Part shown: positions 37,496 through 49,202 of the stretch, piece after piece
Layout: every line of letters starts with the position of its first letter
Position numbering within the stretch: position 1 is the first letter of the stretch
Origin: Aplysia californica
Lineage: Eukaryota
Length of the DNA stretch: 64,000 nt
Assembly (NCBI RefSeq): GCF_000002075.1
Contig: NW_004797524.1
Location: forward strand, 464,741 to 528,740
Direction of reading: 5' to 3'
Translations under genes and position numbers: made by a program
The notes under the pieces: model-generated
Seen by the model: only the letters and a program-made list of their open reading frames with translations
Told to the model about the DNA's origin: nothing
The model's database searches: none

Positions 37496-40400
37496 ATGAA
37501 TCACGCTCGCCGTTGTGTTCACCGCTTAGTGGTTATGAGGCCCCAATTAAGGAGTGTCTCCCAAAGCTACAGTACACTCAGCAAAGGAATGATGCGCCCT
37601 CTGATACAGGCCAGCAGAAAGAGCTACAGGTTCGCACCAGCTATTGGCAATAAAATGATGTCAGGCGGTGCTGGAGATAGCAGTTTTGAAGTTATCAATG
37701 TGCAAGACGAGGAAGATTTCAAGAAGCGAGTCCTTGAAGCAAGTGCCACAACACCTATTGTTGTGGATTTCCATGCTGAGTGAGTAATTTTGAGTAGATC
37801 CAATGGTTTCCTTCAAAATTTGTTTCCCATGTGCCTGAATTTATTTTTAATGACTCAGCATGAAAACTATTACATTACTAAAGCCAGTAAAGGAACAAAT
37901 TGTACACAAATGTGACATTGGAAAAAAAAAAGGGAAAGGAAAACCCACTCTACAGAATCAGCCATCTGCTTTTTTTGTGTGAAAATGCACAGTACCTCTT
38001 TTACTTTTATGCACCCAGATTTTTGGACCCCAAGAAATTTTAAAAAGCCATTTCCATTTTGAGGGTGAATAAAGGGGTACAGTCTGGTTATAGACCCTAG
38101 TTGGCCTATCCACTCTGTAGCATTCAGTATTTCTTAGAATTTGAGTATGAGCCTATAGGACAACAAAACTAGGAAGATACGATTTGGACTTTGGACTCAC
38201 CACTGTTTCATTTTGACGCTCGGATCGAAATTCTTTGAAAAAACGGATTGTTTATTTGGGGCATATAATATACTTGCATTATGACATCCTTGACCTTACA
38301 GCTTGGTGTTTTTCCAGTTCACCATGGAGTGCATCATTTGAGCAAAAATGAAGAGATTGGGGGGGGGGGGGGGGGGGGGACCACAACAGTGGGCACCTGA
38401 CTACACAGCAAAACAAAGCAGTGCTCCCAACTTGTTGCCTCTATAAATTTTGCTTAAAAATATTGCTGCTCTTTTTATTTTTGATTTTATCGCAAAGAAA
38501 GGTACACACAGCTAGAAGTAAATTTTTAAAAAATTGTTTTAAGATGTTAACTCTATTATGTAGTTGCGAGCGCTGTAAAAATCTTACCAAACTGAAACTG
38601 AAAACTCCCTCTGCTGTCGTAAGAGAAAACGACGAATGGTTAAAATTTTTCTATTTTTCTATTTTTATATATTTCATAGAGTATTTAATTCTGCAACTGA
38701 TGGTGTAAAAATTTGTGTCATATCGTAATCCGTTGTTGCGTAATTGAGAGTTCGTCATTTTCCCGTACACTGGCGAGCTCTGAGCCAGAGCTCAGTGTAA
38801 GGGAGAACGACAAATGCTCGATCGGTCAAGGATCACTGCTCGTTCGGCGTTGTCCCCTGGTCTCTGCCGTTAGCAAATTTGGCGTGGGCGACGAATGACA
38901 ATCGATCACTGTTGCGTCAGTACAAACATACTAGGCTTTTTGCAAACAAATACACCACCACCCCCTCCCCCGGAGTACCGTCGACCAGGTTTATAAGAAT
39001 GTATCACTTAGTATGTCTTTCTGTCTGTCTTCACGTATTAGGCCTATGCTGACGGTGTGAATTGACAAGAGCAGGCGGTAGAGAGGGGAAAACGGATGGG
39101 AACAGGGGGAAAGGGGTGGGGATGGGAGGGTCAAAAAAGTATTTAGGGAGAAATTTATTAGCACTGCATATTAGTGTCCGCCAGATGTTCACAGACTAAC
39201 GTCATGTTAGTTTGCTGTCCAGTCATTTGACATCCCAAATCCCAACGATGGTTATAATAATAATAATAATAATAATAGATAGCATTTGTATAGCGCATAT
39301 CCCCGCTCAACAGCAGGCTCTATGCGCTTTACACTATATTATTACCCCAGCAGACCATAGAGCACTCCGAAACATTCTCAGCTTCCCGGGAAGCATACAG
39401 TGCGAGCAGCCGATTAAGCGCTCAAACACTAACAAACTGACACGATCTTTCGCTGTCTATAGCCGGGTACCCATTCCCACCTGGGTGAAGTGAGGAAAAT
39501 TCGTGTAAAGTGCCTTTCCCAAGGACACAACGTCGGGCCCCTGACGGGATTCGAACCCACGTCCTTACGGTTGCGAGTCCGACAGCCTAACCACTAGGCC
39601 ACCGACGCCACAATTTGTCTAGCACGTGTCACTGGTCGACATCCTTATAGAATTACCAAGCAATTAATGACACTGCGTTATGAGAGTAAATTTCTTTGTC
39701 CAACTTAAAAAGTGGACGTATTGTGGCGACACTTAGTCTTGCTTTACGATTTTTTATGACTTGATGGACGATACGATCGAGTATAATAATGTCTTGCAGA
39801 TTCAAACTGTCCTTGTCGATCTCTACTTTGTGGTATGTTTTCCGATCAACTGAATCCTTTATTAAATACAAAGCGTCTCATTACCTCTCCCGAAAGCGTT
39901 TGTAATACAGTCTTGTCAGATTGTTACATTTCTTACGAGAAAGTTTGACTTTTGCAATGATCTGATCGTATTATTGACATTGTAACATTGTTGATCCCTT
40001 TGGTCGTGCAGGGAAAATTTTGCAATTAGCGAAAATAAAAGTAAAACTCGCTTCTGAAGAGAATACAATAAAGATATATCATGGAGATCAAACTTTTGTT
40101 CCGAATGAGACAGTTTTAAATCAAGCTGTTGAAAATGTGCGCACATCTGATTTGTGCGCTGACTGTAGTATTTAACCAAGCGAGGAAGGCAAACGAAGGA
40201 CGTTTACCGAGTTAAAGTTGGGATATAACAAACACCTAACTTTATACGTATAATAACTAGTTTGTATACGTCTTGTTTTTATTTGTAGCAACCAGTACAC
40301 AGTCATTACTGTCAATAATGCGTCACAACTGACCATCGCCTACTCTCATAAACGTTCACGAGTGTAAGGGAGAACGACGAACCGTACCATTCGTCGTTTT

Positions 40401-43400
40401 CGCGTACATCGCAAGGCTCACCTGCGGGCGCGCAGTGTAAGGGAGAATGACGAATGTCGAATGACTTTGCTACTTTTTAATCTAAACCATTCAAACTTTA
40501 GAAACTGCATTATGAGCACCTCAATCAGATATCTGGTGAATTACAGCTTAAAAGAGTGAAAAATAGAAGAGTTATAAAGTGAAAACAGTTTTTGCCTCTC
40601 CTGAAAAATTTGCCTCGCTACCTGCGCAGGACCATTCGTCGTTTTCCCTTACAACGGCAGCCCTTAAAACCCAATAGGCAGAGCATTTGTACAAGGCAAT
40701 TTTGTCTTTCGTTTGGGTGTAGGCTAACGATACGGTCCATGCTACGAAATGACTTTTTTTTTTAGAGAGAGTGACGAGTGGCTGCCACGATAGTGCACTG
40801 TCTAAGAGTACACATGTCTGTATTTTTTGGGGAGTTTTCAAGACTCTTCTTTACCCGCTTAGCTTTTTTCTTTTTGAGGATAGACATAAAATTTAGAGGT
40901 CCCACCTCACCTCTTAAATAACTTAATGTTGATAGGGGCATTATTATAAGTACCATACTATACCAAAGTTGTCTTGGTAGTCATATTGTTTTGTGTGTGT
41001 TAGCTGTGCAGTGCATTGTTGCAAATTATTTTGATCAAGCCTTGAAGTCTCATAGTTTCAGTTGATAAATATGGACACTTGGTTGCAATTTAAAATGTCT
41101 GCAGGCAACATATAATAGACCTAATAGTTTGCAATATATTGCTTTGAAATATGTGATGAAACACTTTTCTCGTCGAGTATTGCTGTCTTTCTATAAATCC
41201 CTTTAAGTGGGTGGTTGGCCGGTGCTCTGGTGTGGTTTGCTTCTTCTTTCCTATCAAACATCTGTCGTCCTTATCTCCCCTCCTTCTTTTTTATGTTTGT
41301 TACTCTTTTGTAACGCCTCTGATCTTCTGGCGCTCATATGATCTTATGCAGTTGCGAGCGCCGTAAAACCTCTAGATCTGCTACTAAATCCCCCTAATCC
41401 CACCCGCCTCTTAGATAATTTAGATTGTATTGATCTAGGTGTAAAGCATTTATTTTTAAAAAATATTTTTATTCTTTGGTTGTGAGGTGAGCTTCAGAAA
41501 CTCACCTATGTAATATTAAAATTCATGACTTTTGTAAGGTATTACATGTAATAATTTTGCTTTCACAGGTGGTGCGGCCCTTGCAAAATCCTTGGTCCAA
41601 GGCTGGAATCACTCATGTCTAAAGAACAAGGGAAAGTGACTATGGCAAAAGTCGATATCGATGATCATTCAGATCTGGCCATGGAATATGGGGTAAGCAA
41701 TTTCCTTTTCTCCTTTGTGTTCTAGTTCTGTCTTTTTGATGGACAGTCTTTCTTTATGATTTTTTTCTTCCTCATATCCCGCGGCCAAGGTCCTTGCCTT
41801 CAAAATGCCTTTCTCTTGTAGGGAGTTAATCCGATTCAGTAGCTAGCAAGCAATCAAGGTACATTGAGTGAGGTTTATTGAAGATTTTGATACATGCACT
41901 TCAATTCCTGTGTTTAATGCAGTTAAAACTGGTCTAAAGACACAATACTGCCGTATTTAAATCTTATTTTACCTGCTCGTTTGATTCTTCTTCCAAAAAC
42001 AGAGGTGTGATCAGCAGCAACAGTGATTGTCAATTTGTATACCTCTGTCAGAACATGCGTGTTGATATATACAGTCAAACCCCGTTGTACCAAATCCATC
42101 TCAAAATAGATGGTACCAACTTGAACAAGGAGAATAACCCAGTGTATCTTGGAGTACAACTTGACAGCAAGCTCAACCTGAAACAACACACCAACAACCT
42201 TAGGAAGAAAGCTATGAAGAGACTTAATCTCACCAAACGACTAGCCAGTACCAACTGGGGATCAGACAAGAACACCTTAAGAGGCCTCTATTTGGGATAT
42301 ACCAGAGCTGTTTTTGATTATAATCTTGTTTTACAAAAAATCTGCAGTAAAACTACAAAGAACTCAATGGACACCATCCAAAACCAAGCTCTTCGTCTTA
42401 TCTCTGGCGGAATGAGATCCTCATCGACTGTGGCTTGTAAAATCCACACAAATATTGAGCCATTAGAAACTCAAAAAAAACGGGCAGCTTTAAAAGTATA
42501 TGAAAGATCTAAAAGGCTAGAAAATAACCACCCTAATAGAATCCTTGTTGACAAGTGGAAACCTAATCAAAGACTAAAAAATACAAAATCTGTATTTGAC
42601 ACTGTTCTCAATCTCCAAGAAAAACATCACCTCCCTGAAAGACGAGAACCTTTGGAAAGAGTTCCTTCAACTCCCCCACCACATCTCACCATAGCAAAGC
42701 CAGAAATTAGGAAAACACTTTTGGACAAGAGCAATAAAAACACATATCCAGTAGCACTAAAACATTCTGCCCTTGAAACAATTGATTCCTATCCACCAAC
42801 ATGGATCCACTCATACACTGATGGATCTGCCTTTAAGGCAACAATCAATGCTGGATATGGGTCAGTGAGCAACTTGCCCAGTGTTTTAAAAAAGAAAGTC
42901 TTTAATTCCAGCGGGTCCTTCTGCTCCAATTTCATTGCCGAACAACAGGCTATCACCAACACAGCAAACTACATCAACTACTTGTTTGACACTAACCCAC
43001 TTGCTACCACAGACATCGTTATCTTTACAGACAGCCTTTCGACACTAGAGACACTTGAGAGTGGGACTGATGTGAACAAAGATATATTGCACTTGATTTG
43101 GAGTCTACATAATTTGATAAGTAGGCACCACGTCAGAGTAGTCCTACAATGGATTCCTGCCCACACTGGAATACCGGGAAATGAAAGAGCTGATGCTCTG
43201 GCAAAGAAAGGAGCTAGCCTCCCTCAGCCTGAAATTCCTACGAATTACACCACCTGCTGCCAAATGATCAAGTCAAACCTCAAGGAAGAGTGGATGAATG
43301 ATTGGGCCACAGGTACGACAGGAAGGATGATGTATGGCCACATGAATAAACCACTGATCAAAGATCCAATCAATGAGTTGAGGAGGAGAGATCAATCCAT

Positions 43401-46400
43401 AATCTTCCAACTTAGAACCCAACATGTACCTCTCAACCAACATCTCAACTGAATTGGAGTAAAGCAGTTTGCTGCCTGCCCATTATGTGACTACCCCTCA
43501 GAGACAGTGGAACATTATCTGTTCTTCTGTAGAAAACTAACTGATTTAAAGGGATGTTTTCTTCCCAAGCTACCCCACACATCTAATTGCCTCTACTCCT
43601 CAAGACAACAATTAGAACAGACATGCAGCTATTACCGAATGGCATCATGCAGAAGAGTTAATGCTCAGATGCTACTGGATCGCAAACAACAACAACCCCG
43701 TTGTACTGCCAGCCCCGCTTACTGCCCGGTTTTGCCAATGTACAAAAAGAATCCCCTCTATAAACATGGTATTTGCGCCTTTACACTGCTCTCCGCCAAA
43801 TGTCTCAATGGTACAGTCCTTATTAAACTACTGTAAATTTACCCTGTTGTATCGCCAGCAAACTAGCCGCCAGTAATACACAGTACACACTGGGGAACAC
43901 ATGGCAGAGCTGGAGCGCGAGAACGGAACTGAATCGCCACTCTTCCCTGCGGAACGCGATTCACGATTCACTTCAGCGGAATGCGGAATAATATCGCCTT
44001 CCGATTCCCGATTCACTCCCCTGTCACTGTCACCACCTTGTGGCTTGTTTGTAACCTACTGCTGGGTTGTGAGTTGAGTCTTGAGCACAAGAACGGAATG
44101 GAAGACTTATTATGGCTCTCCTTTATTTTACAAAAGATGGTATAGTCCAACCCCCCTATTAAAACATAATGAACGGATTCCAACCAATAGACTAGGAATT
44201 TTATAGAGCCATTGTTTTAGCAAATCATGGGGGGGGGGGGGGTGAATTTATGGGGTCGCTAATTGAAGTCAATAGAGCAGCACAACGAAGAGTGGGGAGG
44301 GGGGGGCGGAGAGGATGGTGGGGCAACAAGGGTGGGACTCGCGAAGAGGCGTTGATATGACACTGTTCTGTTTCATGCATACAACGAGTCCGAGGCTTAG
44401 TGTTCCACGAGCGCTCGCTAACTCGCGGTTCTTTGAATCCGACTGAATCGCGAGTCACCACTCTCAGATTTGGTGAGCAGGATCCAGCTCTAACACACAG
44501 CGCACGTCACATCCCCTGAATGATTGCTTGACACATTTCACACTCACGTTTCTACAAGCTAGGCCTATGTGTAGATCAAACTCTTTTCACCAATTTGCTC
44601 CCTCCCCGCCCATCCCACCTCTCCACCCTTGTCTTGTAAATTTCAGGTAATATGGATAGCTCTTCAGTGATGTAAGCTTAGTTTGTCTTAAGCGAACACA
44701 ATAGGCCTTCCATGTGTAATGTAAAAAAGTAGTTTACAATTATATAAAACATCACTTTATAATTCAGCATCAAATTCACTTCCCGCGTGGTGCGCTGATT
44801 ATGAAAATGCTATTATATTAAAGCTTTGGTCAATATTTAAAAAAATTGGAATTAAAGATATTTTATTTAGTAAGGACTCGCACCCAAGTGTAAGTGGCTG
44901 ATCGAAGGGAGATAATTCATTACTTCATCTAGTGATTGGTAGAAAAATTCCTTTGACGTAGGACAGTAGGTGCTTCATGTATTTAACAGAGGACATGAAA
45001 ACCTCATTGTACCACCTGCCTCGCTGTACCGCCAACTTCATGCTCGTCCCAAGGTATGCCGTGTAATGAGGTTTGGCTGATGATAATAACTTAATAACAG
45101 TATACCGGTACATTTATGAAAGAGTTGCTGTACATTAAATAGGCTAGTATTTGTGATACTTGTCATTGTGGAAGTTGTTGATATTATATTTTATTGTGAT
45201 GTGCCTAGAGCCATCAGGGAGTGGGCATTATAAAAGTGATCTTACGTGTATGATATGGAGCATCTGGGAAACTCTACAAACCAAACTTGATTCAGGTTGA
45301 CTCTTACTGAAGTTTACAAATGTTCAGGTGTTAAATTTCCATGGAACTGCAGGAGTCAGTCTTTGCGAAGATTTTGACATGTTAGGAGTTCATATAAAAA
45401 TCATTGCCATGTCAAAATCATTTGCCATCTTCACCACATTCTGCTCTGGGATTTTTTAGCAATTCTGTGATTTCTGTTTGCCTCTAGCCGAGCATAGTAA
45501 AGTCAGTTCCTGGGTGGTTAGCAGGTGCTCTGGTGTAGTTTGCTCCTTGTCTTTCGTCCATGTCTCTCCTCCATCTATTTTGTGTTTGTGACACCTCTGA
45601 TCTTCAGCACTTATGTGACCTAACTGTTTGGCAAGTGCCGCAAAAATCTCACTAACAAACCAAAAGTCAATGCCTTGCATGCTGCCGTCTGTTTTGTACA
45701 TTTTTAAATACAATATCAATACACTGCGTAATATTAGATCGATCATTGCTTCCAACCAGTGCGTGAAAAACATATTTAGTACGTTTTGAAGGTCTTATAA
45801 GTATGGAAATTGATCGCTTTTAAGGACAAGCGGGCTAGCCCACATTTTGGGGGTTTCCAGAAATCTTGACCTACACCAAAAGTGAACATTGCCCTACCTA
45901 TAGGAGAAGTTTGGTTTCATTGGTGTGTCTATTTGTTTGGTTACAGAGAAAACTCTCCTTTTTTTTTAAAGGAACTAAACAAGGGTCCAAAAACTTTACC
46001 TTTGATTTTCTCAATTTCAGGATAGCCACCTTGCACATAAAAGCGACCAATTAATTGTCATGTTTTGGAAAAACTTGCGCATATTTTCTTTTTTCTGGTA
46101 TTACTTGTCTCAGACTTGCCAGTGCTGAAGAAATCTTATGAACTTTCAAGACCTGATAAAATTATGAATGAGAATGAAGCCCATAAGTCATTTCAGTCTG
46201 TATCCTTACTACAGTTACTGAGTTAGTGTTAGTTCTTGAGCAAGAATTTATTGAAAGCAGAAAAGTGTGTGTAAAGGATTTGGATGTGCCTCCTTGGATA
46301 TTGTTCATCATCTTGACCTGCCACATGGGTACAGTATGTTTTTGGGATTTGAAAAGTTGGTAGCTGTGTATTACATCGTGTGGATGTTTCTATTATTCTG

Positions 46401-46567
46401 ATTTTGTACCGGACTGACCAATAATTATCTTCTTCTTCTTTTTCCATCAGGTGAGGTCTGTACCTACAGTTGTAGCTATCAAGAATGGCAAGATTCAGAA
46501 TCAGTTTGTTGGTGTGATTGATGATGACCAAATCAAGGCATTTATTGAAAAACTTGTCATCTCGTGA
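37496..46567 (+). CDS. TXN2: Mitochondrial thioredoxin (exons 37496-37779, 41569-41692, 46451-46567; 174 aa)
   Basis: Arg/Ser-rich mitochondrial presequence, then VVDFHAE|[13 protein letters not shown]...[16 protein letters not shown]|VRSVPTV...[17 protein letters not shown]. Canonical splice sites. Confidence 0.96.
38611..40660. mobile_element. Unclassified non-autonomous DNA transposon with 30-bp TIRs, containing a nested SINE
   Basis: TIRs CTGCYGTYGTAAGRGAAAACGACGAATGGT at 38611-38640 and inverted at 40631-40660. CCCT flanks both sides, and subterminal GTGTAAGGGAGAACGAC repeats are present. Confidence 0.8.
39254..39611 (-). mobile_element. Full-length tRNA-head SINE (partial copies ~18205-18400, ~21903-22030, ~35000-35290, ~47990-48200, ~57240-57360)
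   Basis: A box TGGCCTAGTGG, B box GGTTCGAATCC, central GTGTCCTTGGGAAAGGCACTTTAC...CACCCAGGTGGGAATGGGTACC, a 3' stem-loop and an (ATT)n tail. Confidence 0.88.
41208..41385 (+). repeat. Abundant ~180-bp dispersed repeat (copies also ~3700-3800, 4765-4930, 5635-5810, 6385-6665, 19137-19290, 22670-22833, 45520-45660, 57780-57865, 58015-58177)
   Basis: GGTGCTCTGGTGTGGTTTGCTCCTTCTTTCCTATCAAACATC...CATATGACCTTA..GTTGC.AG.GCCGTAAAAC recurs in both orientations with simple-repeat tails. Confidence 0.85.
42072..45079. mobile_element. Tigger/pogo-like non-autonomous DNA element interrupted by the LINE
   Basis: Left end TA|CAGTCAAACCCCGTTGTAC continues after the LINE TSD. An imperfect inverted end GTAATGAGGTTTGGCTG ends at 45079. 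Confidence 0.55.
42091..43693 (+). mobile_element. 5'-truncated non-LTR retrotransposon (I/Ingi/Nimb-group): RT C-terminus, RNase H, CCHC finger, (CAA)n tail
   Basis: Motifs [40 protein letters not shown] and CPLC...EHYLFFC. A 13-bp TSD AACCCCGTTGTAC lies at 42078-42090 and 43694-43706. One internal stop at 43450-43452. Confidence 0.93.
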
Positions 46568-49202
46568 TTAGAATGAAAGTGATGCTCTGTATGTTAAATT
46601 TGTCTTCTGTGAATATAAAGTATTAGTTGGATGATTTGGTTTGGTTGACTGGATAATCAGAAAATGTTGTACATGGCTTGTTGCCATGTCTTTCAGACTA
46701 TTTAATCATTGACACACTTTTCTATTTGTTTTTGTATTTGCTTTATGCAGGAGTTCATGTTGCTTCACCCTACAAATAACTTTTTACTTTATAATGTGAA
46801 TTGCAGACTATCTACATAAAGGAATATAATGTGTAATTCAGTCTGAATCTGAAGTGCATATGAAGATTTTAATTTACAGCACTTAAAAACTAGTCTTGGT
46901 ATTATGAAGACTACCCAAGGTAGGGGTTATAAAGATTGACAAGGATACTTTTAGCCTACAGTTGTCAGTTGTCGGTGAACTAATGATAGAGATTGTTGGC
47001 CATTGTAAGCAGAAAGGCTACATATTGTTTTCAAAAGTTAAAGAGAAAAGGGTTTTATTCAGTAAATTGGTCGATGAAATAGCTCACTCTGTTGATATTA
47101 TGGAAACGACTGAGAAAGACTGATTTATTAATGAATAAACTAATCATTTTCATCAAACAACGACTTCATTTTTTTTTTTCCGTTTTAGTTTTAATGCCTT
47201 GTTGGGGTTCTTTAAAAACATTTTTTTTTAGAGTCTTTGTAACTGGAAGTGAGGTCATGATGTCATGGTATGGGCTGAAGGACTTCTGTCGAATGTGTCT
47301 CATTTGTTGTACTGTTACATAATATTATTACTCCGTTGCTAAGGAATGATGATTTCATCCCATTCAAAGCTGCGGGTAGGTGGTGGGGGTCACTGGTAGG
47401 TCCTACTCCTCTACTTTCTCTCTGTTGTTTCTGTCTGTTTGTCTTACTTTTTTCCAGTAGGCCTACCAAATGAAATTGCCATTTTGTGTCCATGTGCATC
47501 TCTTTACCCAAACGCAAAATTCAAACCATTCAAATCCCTCACACTCACCACAGTCTCTATTGAATATACTGAACATGGTGAACCTGCATCTGTGGTGTGA
47601 CAGTGAGGCTTTGTGCTGGCGCACGCAGGAAACCTGAATTCAATTCCAGAGTGGGGAGAAGACTTTTATTGATTTGAGTATCTTAGTCTTTCTGCTGGGA
47701 TGTTTTTTCCCTCTCAGTCCAGGTTGGCCCAGACAGGCTATGTTCGAAGCTCATCTCCTAATTGATCTAAATTGTATTTTAAGAACAGAGCAATAACACA
47801 AAACCTTGTGTACACATGAAGGAAGGGGGCTCTCATGGTCTGAAGGTTATGGTGTTCGCCTCTCATGCCATAGGTCCCGGGTTCGAAACCTGACAGCGAC
47901 GGAAAATTTTATTGTATAAAATTGTCTCTTTTTCCCTCTGTTCCTGCTCCCAAACGTCCATGTTCTGTCGTCGCCTTCGTCTCCACATTCTAAGCTTCCT
48001 GGGAAGCATACAGTGCAAGCAGCTGATTAAACGCCCACACACTAACTGAAAAGATCTTTCGCTGTCTATTACCATGTTCCCATTCTCACTTGAAATGAAG
48101 TGAGGGAAATTCGTGTAAAGTCATAGCTAAGTGTATTTCCCAAGGACAGGACGGGATACCAACCGACGACCTTACAGTTGCGAGTCCGAGAGCCTAACCA
48201 CAAGGGGGGGGGGGGGATCTTTGAATTATGAACCTATCTAATTAAATTACGGGGTAGGTGGACAGAGCAACTACCGCCCAGTTCAGCAGCCAACATGTCT
48301 TTTGACAATGGTTGGAAGAGATACAATATTATGTTCTTCTTTCAACCATACGAATGGTTTTTGTCTTCTTCCAGCTCTAGTCGTCATTATCAACTGCCAG
48401 ATCTGTGACAAACACTGTTTATCAATATTTAAAAAAATAATACATGTACATGTATCATGGCTCTCCATTCTTTTCTTTGCGAGGGTGTTCTAAAACATAC
48501 ATTAGCCTGATCTTTTTCCGTCACCTATCTGTTATGGCTCTCCAATTAGGTTGCTCGGAGTTCACCAAATGAGATTCGAACAAACCAATAAGAACCTCGA
48601 CCTTTTACATCTAGGTATATCTGTCACTGTTATCTCTGTTCAATGCAGAGACTAGAACCAACAGGCGAGACTACTGTGCCTTATCTGAAACAATCGCTCA
48701 TTACATCACGCCGTCAAAGGCAGTACCGTAAATACGCGTTGGAAGAGGCAGTAATTTCGTCATTCAGCAATATTATAAGTGCTACCAATACAAGTTTATC
48801 AACATAAACTTACTTCAAAAGCTTAAACATAAACTTGAACGAATGGATGATGTGGGGAAGACTAGGACATTATAATTTGTTGTTGGTAATGGTGATATTT
48901 TGTTTGTTTGTTTTAGTCTTGAACTTGAAGCAAAGAAATGACAGGATCGCCGATGTCTGTTGCAGATCTAGTGTTCGACGATGCTGATACTAGTGATACA
49001 TACAGAATTTCAAGTGTATACAGTAATGGCTTCGGCCTTTGCAGTAGTTTACATGTTAGGTACGCCCACCTATGTAACTGCCTCAGACCTAACATTCCGC
49101 ATGGGAGATTGAGAGTCCTGTACCCAGTTTCTGTCTGAATACTGAGACTCACCTATTTACATATTCGAAGATTTGTACAAGTGCAAGACAAAGGATACCA
49201 CC

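Noticed and set aside
39536-39611. tRNA genes (also 21903, 22310, 47826, 52830-52900)
   Set aside because: A/B boxes are present but the acceptor stems are broken, and each runs into a shared repeat body. They are SINE heads.
42007-42090. N-terminal part of the 481-aa ORF
   Set aside because: It lies outside the TSD-defined LINE and is chance read-through from flanking DNA.
49173-49202. ORF-track start of the 760-aa ORF
   Set aside because: It is a TTG start. The signal peptide begins at ATG 49203 (ACCATG context).
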